A DNA stretch of 64,000 nt from Polynucleobacter sp. (lineage in GTDB: Bacteria; Pseudomonadota; Gammaproteobacteria; Burkholderiales; Burkholderiaceae): assembly GCA_040400365.1 (NCBI GenBank), contig JBBAQJ010000004.1, forward strand, positions 458 through 64,457, in the 5' to 3' direction. Positions 44,593-55,572 of the stretch are shown here, one piece after another. Positions within the stretch are counted from its first letter, which is position 1. Each line of letters begins with the position of its first letter. The position numbers and the translations under genes were made by a program. A model generated the notes under the pieces. It saw only the letters and a list, made by a program, of their open reading frames with translations. It was not told where the DNA came from and did not search any database.

Positions 44593-44668
44593 GCCGGAAT
44601 AGCTCAGTTGGTAGAGCAGCGCATTCGTAATGCGAAGGTCGTAGGTTCGATTCCTATTTCCGGCACCA
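44593..44668 (+). tRNA. tRNA-Thr(CGT)
   Basis: GCCGGAA/TTCCGGC acceptor stem, D-arm AGCTCAGTTGGTAGAGC, anticodon loop TTCGTAA, GGTTCGATTCC, encoded CCA. Confidence 0.96.
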
Positions 44669-44748
44669 AGTTGCCCCTCAAATAAATGCCTAAAGTACGG
44701 GTTTTCACTAGTCAGTACGGGTTTTACTTATGTGAAAATTTTCGTTTG

Positions 44749-44762
44749 TTGATGCCTGTCAA
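44749..44762 (+). promoter_or_regulatory. FNR/Crp-type box upstream of tctCBA
   Basis: TTGAT-GCCT-GTCAA, 22 nt upstream of weak -10-like AAGAAT (44785-44790). Confidence 0.6.
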
Positions 44763-44853
44763 TTTTTGTCTAAAACTTTTATTGAAGAATTAGTCATCAA
44801 AGTTGATGCATAACAAAATTAATAACTTTGAAAACTTATTTGGAGGAGCATCC

Positions 44854-45864
44854 ATGCATTTGAAATTCAAATCCACATTGTTGAGCGTTGCGTTAGTGGC
44901 TGGTTTTGCTGCTACGACTACCGCTCAGGCTCAGGCTAAGTGGGAGCCAACAAAACCTGTTGAATTCATAATCTCTGCTGGCCCTGGTGGCGGTGCTGAT
45001 CAAATGGCGCGGGTGATTCAGGGAATTGTTTCTAAAAATAATTTGATGAAGCAGTCCATGATTCCCGTGAACAAGGGTGCCGGTGCTGGTGCTGAGGGGT
45101 ATTTGGCAATCAAGGAAGCCAAAGGTGATCCCCATAAGATTATTATCACCCTCTCGAATCTGTTCACAACCCCACGCGCAACTGGTGTGCCATTTAAGTG
45201 GCAAGACATGACCCCAGTCGCAATGCTGGCGCTCGATCAGTTCGTATTGTGGACCAACACTGAGAAAGGTTATAAGTCTGCGAAGGATTATGTGGATGCT
45301 GCTAAAGCTGCGGGTCCTGGTAAGTTCAAGATGGGTGGAACTGGTTCAAAGCAAGAAGACCAAATCATCACCGTAGCACTTGAGAAAGCAACTGGCGCTA
45401 AGTTTACGTATGTTCCATTTGCTGGTGGTGGTGCAGTAGCGGTCCAATTAGTTGGTAATCACGTGAACTCTACCGTCAATAACCCAATTGAAGCCGTTGC
45501 TCAGTGGCGCGCTGGCAAGTTAACTGCGCAGTGCGTATTTGACACACAGCGCATGCCATACAAGGAGAAAATGACAGCTACGCAATCTTGGAATGATGTT
45601 CCAACCTGCCGTGAAGTGGGTGTAAATACGGACTATGTCATGTTGCGCGGTATTTTTATGCCACCTGGCGTGACCCAAGCACAAGTCGATTTTTACATCG
45701 ATCTGTTTAAAAAAGTTCGTGAGACACCGGAATGGAAGAAATTCATGGCCGATGGCGCATTTAACCAAACCTTCATGACTGGTAAAGAGTTTACAAACTG
45801 GCTTGAAAAGGCAGATGCTACCCACGCTCAGTTGATGAAAGAGGCTGGATTTATTGCCAAGTAA
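44854..45864 (+). CDS. tctC: Tripartite tricarboxylate transporter substrate-binding protein TctC
   Basis: SD GGAGG, signal peptide, AGPGGGADQMAR, YVPFAGGG; first gene of the C-B-A operon. Confidence 0.9.
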   Translation: MHLKFKSTLLSVALVAGFAATTTAQAQAKWEPTKPVEFIISAGPGGGADQMARVIQGIVSKNNLMKQSMIPVNKGAGAGAEGYLAIKEAKGDPHKIIITLSNLFTTPRATGVPFKWQDMTPVAMLALDQFVLWTNTEKGYKSAKDYVDAAKAAGPGKFKMGGTGSKQEDQIITVALEKATGAKFTYVPFAGGGAVAVQLVGNHVNSTVNNPIEAVAQWRAGKLTAQCVFDTQRMPYKEKMTATQSWNDVPTCREVGVNTDYVMLRGIFMPPGVTQAQVDFYIDLFKKVRETPEWKKFMADGAFNQTFMTGKEFTNWLEKADATHAQLMKEAGFIAK

Positions 45865-45876
45865 TTGTTAGCGATG

Positions 45877-45909
45877 AAATAAGACCTCATGGCGAGGTCT
45901 TATTTTTTT
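45877..45909 (+). terminator. Stem-loop/terminator between tctC and tctB
   Basis: AAATAAGACCTC-ATGGC-GAGGTCTTATTT followed by T-tract. Confidence 0.75.
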
Positions 45910-45937
45910 AGTAATCGAATAAAGAGAAGAGTGAAGA

Positions 45938-46453
45938 ATGTCCGAGAATTCAAATCATGATTCAGTCGTAAGTGTGCGTACGATGGAAATCATCACCGCC
46001 CTTATGTTTATCGTCGTCGGCGTTGTGGTGATGGTGGGGAGCTTAAAGCTTGGCGCTAAATGGGGCAGTGATGGTCCTGAGTCAGGCTATTTCCCTTTCT
46101 ACATTAGCCTGATTATTTTGATTTGTAGTTCGGTGACCTTGATTCAGTCGATTCGCGCTAAAGAGCTTGCTGATGAGACATTTGTTGAGAGAGAACCATT
46201 TCGGCAGGTGACGGCGGTTCTCATTCCGGCAGCCCTGTTTGTTTTGGGTGTTCAGCTAATCGGTATCTATGTTGCCGGCCTCCTCTACATTACCTTTTTC
46301 ATGGTTTGGCTTGGAAAGTATGCAGTTTGGAAAGCGCTGGCCGTGGGACTGGGTGTCAGCATCGCGCTTTACATGATGTTTGAGTATTGGTTTCAAATTC
46401 CGTTGCCACATGGTTCGTTGTTTAACCCCCTGGCTATGTTTGGTTTGCAGTAA
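45938..46453 (+). CDS. tctB: TctB small membrane subunit
   Basis: GPESGYFPF, F..WFQIPLPHG; between tctC and tctA. Confidence 0.88.
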   Translation: MSENSNHDSVVSVRTMEIITALMFIVVGVVVMVGSLKLGAKWGSDGPESGYFPFYISLIILICSSVTLIQSIRAKELADETFVEREPFRQVTAVLIPAALFVLGVQLIGIYVAGLLYITFFMVWLGKYAVWKALAVGLGVSIALYMMFEYWFQIPLPHGSLFNPLAMFGLQ

Positions 46454-46492
46454 GCAAAGCATCCACTACAAGATTAAATAAAAGGAGCAAAC

Positions 46493-47980
46493 GTGGAAGA
46501 AATTAACGCGCTATTTGGAGGCTTTGCCGTAGCATTGTCACCCTACAACGTCATGTTGATGTTGATCGGAGTGATCCTCGGAGTGATTATTGGGGTATTG
46601 CCTGGACTTGGCGGTGCGAATGGCATCGCAATTTTGTTACCCTTAACGTTCACCATGTCGCCAACTTCGGCGATCATCATGCTTTCCAGTATTTACTGGG
46701 GCGCTTTATTCGGTGGAGCGATTACCTCCATATTATTTAATATTCCAGGCGAGCCGTGGTCGGTTGCGACAACATTTGACGGTTATCCAATGGCACAAAA
46801 TGGCAAAGCAGGTGAGGCCCTAACAGCCGCCTTTACCTCATCGTGTATCGGTGCCGTGTTTGCAGTCGTTGTGATCACATTCTTGGCCCCACTCGTTGCA
46901 AAATTTGCTTTGCAGTTCGGACCCCCTGAATTCTTTGCGGTTTACTTATTAACCTTCTGTAGTTTTGTGGGCATGAACAAAGGCTCACCTTTCAAAGTTC
47001 TGTCCGCAATGATGCTTGGTTTTGCCTTGGCTGCTGTGGGAATGGATACCGTTACTGGTCAATTACGCTTAACTTTTGGCTCATCGGAGTTGATGCGCGG
47101 CTTTGATTTCTTAATCGCGGTGATCGGCCTCTTTGGTATTGGTGAAATTCTGCAATCGATGGAAGAGGGTCTTAAGTTCTCAGGTAAGAGTGCCAAGATC
47201 AAAGCAAAAGTTGTTTTTGAAACTTGGGCACAGTTACCTAAATACTGGGCAACATCTCTGCGTAGCTGCCTAATTGGTTGCTGGATGGGGATTACTCCTG
47301 GCGGCGCAACTCCTGCCTCATTTATGAGCTACGGCGTTGCAAAGCAAATGGCCAAAAATAGGAATAATTTTGGTAAGGGTGAAATGGAGGGTATTGTTGC
47401 TCCCGAGACCGCTGCTCACGCTGCGGGTACCGCAGCTTTGCTACCGATGCTTTCTTTAGGTATTCCTGGTTCACCAACCGCTGCGGTGTTATTGGGCGGC
47501 CTCTTGATTTGGGGTTTACAGCCGGGACCACTTTTGTTTGTTGAGAAGCCAGACTTTGTTTGGGGCTTAATCGCGAGTATGTACTTGGGTAACATTGCTG
47601 GTCTATTTGTGGTCTTGACCTGTGTGCCAATTTTTGCCTCAATCTTAAGAATCCCATTCTCAATCATTGCACCGGTCATCATCGTTATTTGTGCTGTTGG
47701 CGCATTTACTGTGAACAATGCGATGTTCGATGTTTGGCTAATGTTAGGCTTTGGTGTCTTGGGCTATCTCTTTAAGAAGCTCGACTACCCGATGGCGCCG
47801 ATGGTTCTTGCCTTGGTATTGGGGGATCGTGCTGAAGATTCGTTCCGTCAAGCGATGCTCGTATCTCAGGGCAGTTTGGGTATCTTCTTCTCCAACTATC
47901 TGGTTGGTACGATTACCGCCCTTGCATTGATCATGCTCTTCTGGCCTCTAATTTCAAAGTTAAGGCAAAAGAGGGCATAA
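46493..47980 (+). CDS. tctA: TctA large membrane subunit
   Basis: GVLPGLG, NIPGEP, DGYPMA, APETAAHA, LGIPGS. Confidence 0.93.
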   Translation: MEEINALFGGFAVALSPYNVMLMLIGVILGVIIGVLPGLGGANGIAILLPLTFTMSPTSAIIMLSSIYWGALFGGAITSILFNIPGEPWSVATTFDGYPMAQNGKAGEALTAAFTSSCIGAVFAVVVITFLAPLVAKFALQFGPPEFFAVYLLTFCSFVGMNKGSPFKVLSAMMLGFALAAVGMDTVTGQLRLTFGSSELMRGFDFLIAVIGLFGIGEILQSMEEGLKFSGKSAKIKAKVVFETWAQLPKYWATSLRSCLIGCWMGITPGGATPASFMSYGVAKQMAKNRNNFGKGEMEGIVAPETAAHAAGTAALLPMLSLGIPGSPTAAVLLGGLLIWGLQPGPLLFVEKPDFVWGLIASMYLGNIAGLFVVLTCVPIFASILRIPFSIIAPVIIVICAVGAFTVNNAMFDVWLMLGFGVLGYLFKKLDYPMAPMVLALVLGDRAEDSFRQAMLVSQGSLGIFFSNYLVGTITALALIMLFWPLISKLRQKRA

Positions 47981-48001
47981 CTTTTGAGGTTGAGTCAAAA
48001 T

Positions 48002-48027
48002 AAAAAGGGGGCGCAAGCCCCCTTTCT
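48002..48027 (+). terminator. Terminator after tctA
   Basis: AAAGGGGGC-GCAA-GCCCCCTTT hairpin with GNRA loop. Confidence 0.75.
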
Positions 48028-48059
48028 CTATCCAAAGGTATTCTGGATAAAATACCAAA

Positions 48060-48431
48060 ATGCGTTTTTCACATCAAAAACTGATTCATTGGCTTTGTGC
48101 CATTACTTTATCGTGGAGCGCTCTTACCCCGTCGTTGGCGCAAGCCTTTTCTCAATCTGCCGGTGAAAGCTTCCTCACCATGGAACTCTGTGTGGTTGAT
48201 GGTTCCAAGCAAACCATTAACGTAGATACCGAAGCACCAGTTGCCATGTCTAATGACTGTCCCTATTGCGTAGCGCAGTCTCTGGCCCCTCTTAGCCTTT
48301 TAACCAATCTTGAATTTGCAACCCCCGCAACACCCATATTGACACCCAGTTTGTATTTGGAGTCCGCAAAAACTCTATTTGTATGGGTCAAGTTACCTTC
48401 TCAGGGCCCACCTTCAAACCATTGCATCTGA
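48060..48431 (+). CDS. DUF2946-family protein (CruR-like upstream regulator)
   Basis: N-terminal hydrophobic segment, ELC..DG, CPYC, C-terminal QGPP. Confidence 0.8.
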   Translation: MRFSHQKLIHWLCAITLSWSALTPSLAQAFSQSAGESFLTMELCVVDGSKQTINVDTEAPVAMSNDCPYCVAQSLAPLSLLTNLEFATPATPILTPSLYLESAKTLFVWVKLPSQGPPSNHCI

Positions 48432-48494
48432 TTTGATTGGCAGGGGTTTGATTCGCCCCCTCATGCAATGCAGTTTTCATTTGAAGGATTCAAT

Positions 48495-48983
48495 ATGAGC
48501 ATTAACTTTTTACAAGCAGTGACAGCAAGCGCTCTGATCGCATTTTCAGGCTACTCTTTGGCACATAACGATATGAAGAATCCTGAGTATCGACTTGGGC
48601 AACTGAAGATTGGGAACCCCTATGCGCGTGCGACGGCCCCAGGGCAAAAAGCCGCGGGTGGATTTATGAAGATTGAAAATAAGGGAGCTGCCGATCAATT
48701 GATTGCCGCAAGCTCGCCAGTGGCTGGCGAGACGCAATTGCATACCATGGCAATGGATGGCAACGTCATGAAAATGCGCGAGGTGAAGGCAATTGATGTG
48801 CCGGCTAATGGCTCTGTGGACCTTAAGCCAGGTGGTTTGCACCTGATGTTTATGGATATCAAGACCCCATTAAAAGCAGGCGAAGCGGTCCCTGTTAAGT
48901 TGAAATTCCAGAAAGCCGGTGAAGTTGAAATCAAAGTGCCCGTACGTGATATGAGCTCAGGTTCGGGCCACATGAAGCACTAG
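48495..48983 (+). CDS. Periplasmic copper chaperone PCu(A)C
   Basis: PYARAT, H-x6-M-x-M (HTMAMDGNVMKMR), PGGLHLM; SD AAGGA before ATG 48495. Confidence 0.93.
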   Translation: MSINFLQAVTASALIAFSGYSLAHNDMKNPEYRLGQLKIGNPYARATAPGQKAAGGFMKIENKGAADQLIAASSPVAGETQLHTMAMDGNVMKMREVKAIDVPANGSVDLKPGGLHLMFMDIKTPLKAGEAVPVKLKFQKAGEVEIKVPVRDMSSGSGHMKH

Positions 48984-48996
48984 TCAGACCCCGGTC

Positions 48997-49033
48997 ATAC
49001 AGCCTGCCTCGCCGTGAGCGGTTCAGGCTGTAT
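48997..49033. terminator. Inverted repeat between convergent PCuAC and ilvD
   Basis: ATACAGCCTG...CAGGCTGTAT 10-bp arms. Confidence 0.5.
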
Positions 49034-49046
49034 CGAGCGAAGTTCA

Positions 49047-50756
49047 TTAATCTAGATTTCGGTCGGTAACAGCCCCTTTGCTGGCAGAGCTCGCTAAACG
49101 GGCATATTTGGCCAATAAACCCCGTGTATAGCGGGATTTTGGCTGTTTCCAGGCAGCGCGTCGTTTGGCGATCTCCTCGTCTGGCACATTGAGCTGGATT
49201 AATAGCTTGTGCGCATCGATCGTCACCGAGTCACCCTCTTCAATCAGGGCAATCGTGCCGCCCACAAAGGCTTCAGGAGCCACATGACCGACGACCATTC
49301 CCCAGGTACCGCCTGAGAAGCGCCCATCGGTAATCAGTCCGACGGTCTCACCAAGCCCCTGACCGACAAGAGCTGAAGTAGGCGCTAACATTTCTCGCAT
49401 GCCGGGACCGCCTTTGGGGCCCTCATACCGAATCACGACCACATCACCATGCTTAATTTCCTGGGCCATGATGGCGGCCATTGCCTCGTCTTCGGAGTTA
49501 AACACTCGTGCAGGACCAGTGATCGATGGATTCTTGAGGCCGGTAATTTTTGCAACACAACCCTCGGGCGAGATGTTGCCTTTGAGGATGGCGAGGTGAC
49601 CTTGAGCATAAATCGGGTTATCTAAGGTCCGAATGACCTTCTGATCAGTTCGCGGTTTAGACGGAACATCCTTTAGAGTCTCTGCAATCGTTTTGCCAGT
49701 GATGGTCATGCAATCGCCGTGGAGTAGGCCGCCATCTAGCAAAATCTTCATGACCTGCGGAATGCCCCCCGCTAAATGCAGATCGGGTGCCAAATAGGTG
49801 CCCGAGGGTTTCATATCCGCAATCACGGGGACGCGTTTACGAATACGCTCAAAGTCATCAATCGTCCAATCAATCTCCGCAGCGCTTGCAATTGCTAAGA
49901 AGTGCAAGACAGCATTGGTCGAACCACCCACGGCCATAATGACGCTTACCGCATTCTCAAGGGATTTTTTGGTAATGATGTCGCGCGGCCGAATGTTCTT
50001 TTTAATGGCTTCAACTAAGACGCGTGCGGACTCAGCTGCACTATCGACTTTCTCCTGATCGACGTTGGACATCGTTGAAGAGTAGGGCAGGCTCATACCC
50101 AGCGCTTCAAATGAAGAGCTCATGGTATTGGCGGTGTACATACCCCCACAAGAGCCACTGCTGGGGCAGGCATTTTGCTCAACACCTTTGAGGTCAACCT
50201 CGCTTAAGCGTCCGGAAGTAAATTCACCAACGGCCTCAAAGGCAGAAACGATATTGAGCTCCTTGCCTTTGTAGTGCCCGGCTTTGATCGTGCCGCCATA
50301 GACATAGATCCCGGGAACATTGGTGCGCGCCAGAGCAATCATGCCACCAGGCATATTTTTGTCGCAGCCGCCAATTACTACTACGCCGTCTTGCCAAAGG
50401 CCATTGACACAAACCTCAATACTGTCCGCAATCACCTCGCGTGAGACCAGGGAGTATTTCATGCCTTCGGTGCCCATACCGATACCGTCGGAGACCGTGG
50501 GAGTGCCGAATACCTGGGCCTTAGCACCCGCCTTTTCAAGAGCGTCAATTGCGGCGTCTGCTAACTTTTGTAGGCCACTATTACATGGTGTAATGGTGGA
50601 ATGGCCGTTAGCGACACCCACCATGGGTTTCACAAAATCCTCTTCTTTGTAGCCCATTGCGTAGTACATCGATCGATTGGGTGCACGAGCCACCCCTTCG
50701 GTCACCATGCGTGAACGCTCATTCATACGTTTTGAAGCTTGTTTTTGGTCTGCCAT
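49047..50756 (-). CDS. ilvD: Dihydroxy-acid dehydratase
   Basis: [41 protein letters not shown]. Confidence 0.96.
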   Translation of the reverse strand: MADQKQASKRMNERSRMVTEGVARAPNRSMYYAMGYKEEDFVKPMVGVANGHSTITPCNSGLQKLADAAIDALEKAGAKAQVFGTPTVSDGIGMGTEGMKYSLVSREVIADSIEVCVNGLWQDGVVVIGGCDKNMPGGMIALARTNVPGIYVYGGTIKAGHYKGKELNIVSAFEAVGEFTSGRLSEVDLKGVEQNACPSSGSCGGMYTANTMSSSFEALGMSLPYSSTMSNVDQEKVDSAAESARVLVEAIKKNIRPRDIITKKSLENAVSVIMAVGGSTNAVLHFLAIASAAEIDWTIDDFERIRKRVPVIADMKPSGTYLAPDLHLAGGIPQVMKILLDGGLLHGDCMTITGKTIAETLKDVPSKPRTDQKVIRTLDNPIYAQGHLAILKGNISPEGCVAKITGLKNPSITGPARVFNSEDEAMAAIMAQEIKHGDVVVIRYEGPKGGPGMREMLAPTSALVGQGLGETVGLITDGRFSGGTWGMVVGHVAPEAFVGGTIALIEEGDSVTIDAHKLLIQLNVPDEEIAKRRAAWKQPKSRYTRGLLAKYARLASSASKGAVTDRNLD

Positions 50757-50774
50757 TTATTTGAGTCTCCGCGA

Positions 50775-50939
50775 TTAAATTGCCATCATTTCAAAGCTAT
50801 CTTTTCCCGCCCCACAATCTGGGCATGCCCAGTCGGCAGGGACATCATCCCATTTGGTACCAGGCGCAATGCCGTCCTCGGGCCGACCCGCTGATTCGTC
50901 ATAAATAAAGCCGCAAACAATACAAAGGTAGGTTCTCAT
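50775..50939 (-). CDS. Rubredoxin
   Basis: CIVCGFIYD...W.CPDCG. Confidence 0.95.
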   Translation of the reverse strand: MRTYLCIVCGFIYDESAGRPEDGIAPGTKWDDVPADWACPDCGAGKDSFEMMAI

Positions 50940-51076
50940 GGGATTGGGATTCACTGATTGGGATAGAAAGGGTATTTTAGGGATGTCCGGCAAAGTTAGC
51001 CTCATAGCTAATAGCCAGCCCAGTCATGGGGGGTTACATTGTTGATCTATAAGTAATTTCAAGGTAATGATAAGCG

Positions 51077-51694
51077 ATGACGCGATTAACCGGTACCGTC
51101 TATCTCATCGATGATGACAACTCAATGAGGGATTCATTGGCGCGGATGCTGCGCGATGTTGGCTATACCGTTCAAGATTTTGAGAGTGCCACCTCGTTTT
51201 TACAAAATTCATTACCGGTTGCGCCCGCCGTGATTGTGCTTGATATGCAAATGCCCGATGTTAATGGTCTGGATCTGATGGAGCGATTGGACAAGTTGGG
51301 TCGTAAAACCCCTATCGTATTCCTAAGTGGCCAAAGCCATCCCCAACAGATCGTCAAGGGTCTCAAAAAGGGCGCGCTGGATTTTCTATTTAAGCCCTTT
51401 AATATCGATGAGCTCTTGCAGGCCGTTGATCAAGCGCTTGATTATGACCAGAAACAACTTAAGCGCAATTTAAAAGATGGGGAAATTAAGCGTAACTTTA
51501 ATACGCTAACGCCACGAGAAAAAGAGGTGTGCGCCTTACTCGTGGAGGGCCTCATGAATAAAGAAATTGCCGAACGTCTGGGTACTACCGATGCCACGAT
51601 TAAGGTCCACAAAGCCAGGGTCATGGAAAAGATGCAAGCCCACTCCTTGCAGGATTTGGTGAAATTCTATTTAGAGGCCAATCTGGCTAAGTAA
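51077..51694 (+). CDS. FixJ/LuxR-family response regulator
   Basis: IDDD, LDMQMP, FKPF, LTPREKEV...NKEIA...TIKVHKARVMEKM. Confidence 0.93.
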   Translation: MTRLTGTVYLIDDDNSMRDSLARMLRDVGYTVQDFESATSFLQNSLPVAPAVIVLDMQMPDVNGLDLMERLDKLGRKTPIVFLSGQSHPQQIVKGLKKGALDFLFKPFNIDELLQAVDQALDYDQKQLKRNLKDGEIKRNFNTLTPREKEVCALLVEGLMNKEIAERLGTTDATIKVHKARVMEKMQAHSLQDLVKFYLEANLAK

Positions 51695-51836
51695 ATATTA
51701 GCCCTGAAGTAAATAGCCAAATATGGGAATTTATGTAATATTTGGTACATAAATAGAATTTACGCTAAATATATAACGTATTGATTCTAATTAAAATAAT
51801 AATAAAAATTAAATAAAAAGCGAGACGCATTTGGTG

Positions 51837-53134
<1,298 letters not shown>

Positions 53135-53191
53135 TTAGACTCAATCATACTCAAGGATGATGACTTACTCATTTCCCCATCTTTTTTAGGA

Positions 53192-54823
53192 CTAGAGTTT
53201 GGCACCTGATGTAATCGGGTAGCGCCAATCACGACCAAAAGCGCGTGCAGTAATGCGCACGCCTGGAGGTGCCTGACGACGTTTATATTCATTGATTTGA
53301 ATGAGGCGTGTAATTTTTTGCACTGCCGCAGAATCATAGCCTGCTGCAATGATCTCAGCGCTGGACTGATTCTGTTCCATATGGCGCGCCAAGATCGCAT
53401 CCAGAATTTCGTAAGGGGGGAGACTATCTTGATCGGTTTGATTGGGGCGTAATTCTGCGGATGGTGCGCGCGTCAGAATCCGCTCGGGGATCACTGGCTT
53501 GATTTGATTACGAAAGCGGCACAATTGATAAACCAAGGTCTTGGCTATATCTTTAATTACGGCAAAGCCCCCGGCCATGTCGCCGTAGAGGGTGCAATAG
53601 CCAACGGCCATCTCACTCTTGTTGCCAGTGGTGAGAACCAAGCGACCAGTTTTATTGGAGAGGGCCATCAAGATGGTGCCGCGTACTCGAGCCTGAATAT
53701 TTTCTTCCGTGGTGTCGCTCGGTAAATTGGTAAATTGCACGCGTAATGCATCTTCAAAAGCCATCACCGGCTCCTGAATCGAAATCTCATCGTATTGCAC
53801 GCCTAGATTAGATGCCAACTCACGGGCATCCAGCCAAGAAATTTCAGCGGTGTAAGGCGATGGCATCATGACTGCGCGCACTTGATCTGACCCGAGTGCG
53901 TCAACCGCAATTGCTAGCACTAAGGCGGAGTCCACTCCGCCCGATAGCCCCAGAATCACTCCTGGAAAACGGTTCTTGCGGACATAATCACGCGTTCCCA
54001 TGACGAGTGCGGCATACACTTGTGCTTCGAGCGTTAATGCAGGAGCAATCACGCCCCGTTGTGGTTCGCCTGCTGCAACTTCAATAAATCCGACGCTCTC
54101 TTGAAACTGCGGTATGGCGAATACCAGTTCGCCATGGGAGTTCATGGCACAGGATCCACCATCAAAAACGAGTTCGTCTTGCCCGCCCACCATATTGAGA
54201 TAGAGGATAGGTAAACCGTAGGCCTGACTTTGTTGTTTCAGTAGTTCGTAGCGCGTATGTTCTTTTTGGAGATGGTAAGGTGAGGCATTGAGTACCACGA
54301 GCATTTGCGCCCCTGCATCCTTGGCTAGACGCGCTGGATCTGAATGCCAAATGTCTTCACATAATAAAACGCCCAGTTTTAAACCATGATGCTCAAAAAC
54401 GCAGGCATTTTCACCTGCCACAAAATAACGCTTCTCATCAAACACTTCGTGATTGGGTAATTCCTGTTTGAAGTAAGTGGCAATCACTTTGCCATTCGTA
54501 ATTACTGATGCTGCATTACGCAGGCCTGCATCGGATTCGCAGGGGTGACCCACAATTACCGTTAATCCACGCAACTCTTGAAGTTGATCGCATAGAGACT
54601 GAAGTGCAGTCCGCGTTTCTTGAATAAATCCGGGGCGCAGTAAAAGGTCTTCAGGAGGGTAGCCAGTTAAAGAAAGCTCAGGCGTTAAAAGTAGACTGGC
54701 TCCCTGTTGATGGGCAACGTGCGCCGCCTGAAAAATTGCCTGTGCATTACCAGCGCAATCCCCTAAGAGAGGATTGAGTTGCGCCATTGCAATCTGCATG
54801 GGGGAATGAGTGCGCTGACTCAT
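53192..54823 (-). CDS. nadE: Glutamine-dependent NAD+ synthetase
   Basis: Nitrilase domain (PELSLTGYPPEDL, K..LP, CED) plus SGGVDS, ENIQAR, TGNKSE, PSAEL. Confidence 0.96.
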   Translation of the reverse strand: MSQRTHSPMQIAMAQLNPLLGDCAGNAQAIFQAAHVAHQQGASLLLTPELSLTGYPPEDLLLRPGFIQETRTALQSLCDQLQELRGLTVIVGHPCESDAGLRNAASVITNGKVIATYFKQELPNHEVFDEKRYFVAGENACVFEHHGLKLGVLLCEDIWHSDPARLAKDAGAQMLVVLNASPYHLQKEHTRYELLKQQSQAYGLPILYLNMVGGQDELVFDGGSCAMNSHGELVFAIPQFQESVGFIEVAAGEPQRGVIAPALTLEAQVYAALVMGTRDYVRKNRFPGVILGLSGGVDSALVLAIAVDALGSDQVRAVMMPSPYTAEISWLDARELASNLGVQYDEISIQEPVMAFEDALRVQFTNLPSDTTEENIQARVRGTILMALSNKTGRLVLTTGNKSEMAVGYCTLYGDMAGGFAVIKDIAKTLVYQLCRFRNQIKPVIPERILTRAPSAELRPNQTDQDSLPPYEILDAILARHMEQNQSSAEIIAAGYDSAAVQKITRLIQINEYKRRQAPPGVRITARAFGRDWRYPITSGAKL

Positions 54824-54848
54824 AACCTACACCATGCACGATTCATAT

Positions 54849-55385
54849 TTATACCTTCTCTTTTTGATAGCGGGCCATGCCATCGGTAATCTCTTTGTGG
54901 GCATCGGCAATTGAGCCCCAACCTTTGACCTTGACCCACTTCCCTTTTTCCAGATCTTTGTAATGCTCAAAGAAATGCTGAATTTGATTCAAGCGCATTT
55001 GGTTGATGTCCTCGGAGCTCTCCCAATGGCTATAGATCGATAAAATGCGATCTTCAGGAACGGCTAATAACTTGGCGTCATCACCGGCTTCATCGTTCAT
55101 CTGTAAAACGCCTAGCGCACGGCAGCTGACCACCACTCCAGGGATCAACGGAAAGGGTGTAATCACCAAGACGTCGACTGGATCGCCGTCCCCTGCAATG
55201 GTCTTAGGGATGTAACCATAGTTGCAGGGGTAGTGCATGGCGGTACCCATAAAGCGGTCCACAAAGATCGCCCCGGTTTCCTTATCGACCTCATATTTGA
55301 TGGGGTCGGCGTTCATGGGGATTTCAATAATGACGTTAAAGTTCTCGGGAACCCGTTTTCCCGGGGTGACGTTATCAAGACTCAT
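54849..55385 (-). CDS. ppa: Soluble inorganic pyrophosphatase (family I)
   Basis: KYEVDK, YPCNYG, DGDPVD, HYKDLE. Confidence 0.97.
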   Translation of the reverse strand: MSLDNVTPGKRVPENFNVIIEIPMNADPIKYEVDKETGAIFVDRFMGTAMHYPCNYGYIPKTIAGDGDPVDVLVITPFPLIPGVVVSCRALGVLQMNDEAGDDAKLLAVPEDRILSIYSHWESSEDINQMRLNQIQHFFEHYKDLEKGKWVKVKGWGSIADAHKEITDGMARYQKEKV

Positions 55386-55572
55386 ACATGCTCCAAATTA
55401 AATAAAAAACGGTCTGCTTAGTAGATACCCTGATCTTAGCAAAGTGGCAAATCACTAAATCTGTTGGATACTTTTGAAAGCGATCAACTTGCTATTTTAA
55501 GCCTTCAAGCGAATCGCTAGATTGTCGTATCAAAATTACATTGAATCCTCAACCAAGTAGGAGTGATTTAGC

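Noticed and set aside
44694-44725. Direct repeat as CRISPR or iteron array
   Set aside because: Only two 12-bp copies with an 8-bp gap; no cas or rep genes
44593-48983. Genomic island integrated at tRNA-Thr
   Set aside because: No integrase, no duplicated tRNA 3' end seen, and codon usage of tctC looks native
51781-51794. FNR-like TTGAT-TCTA-ATTAA
   Set aside because: Lies in extremely AT-rich DNA where such matches arise by chance; no convincingly spaced -10
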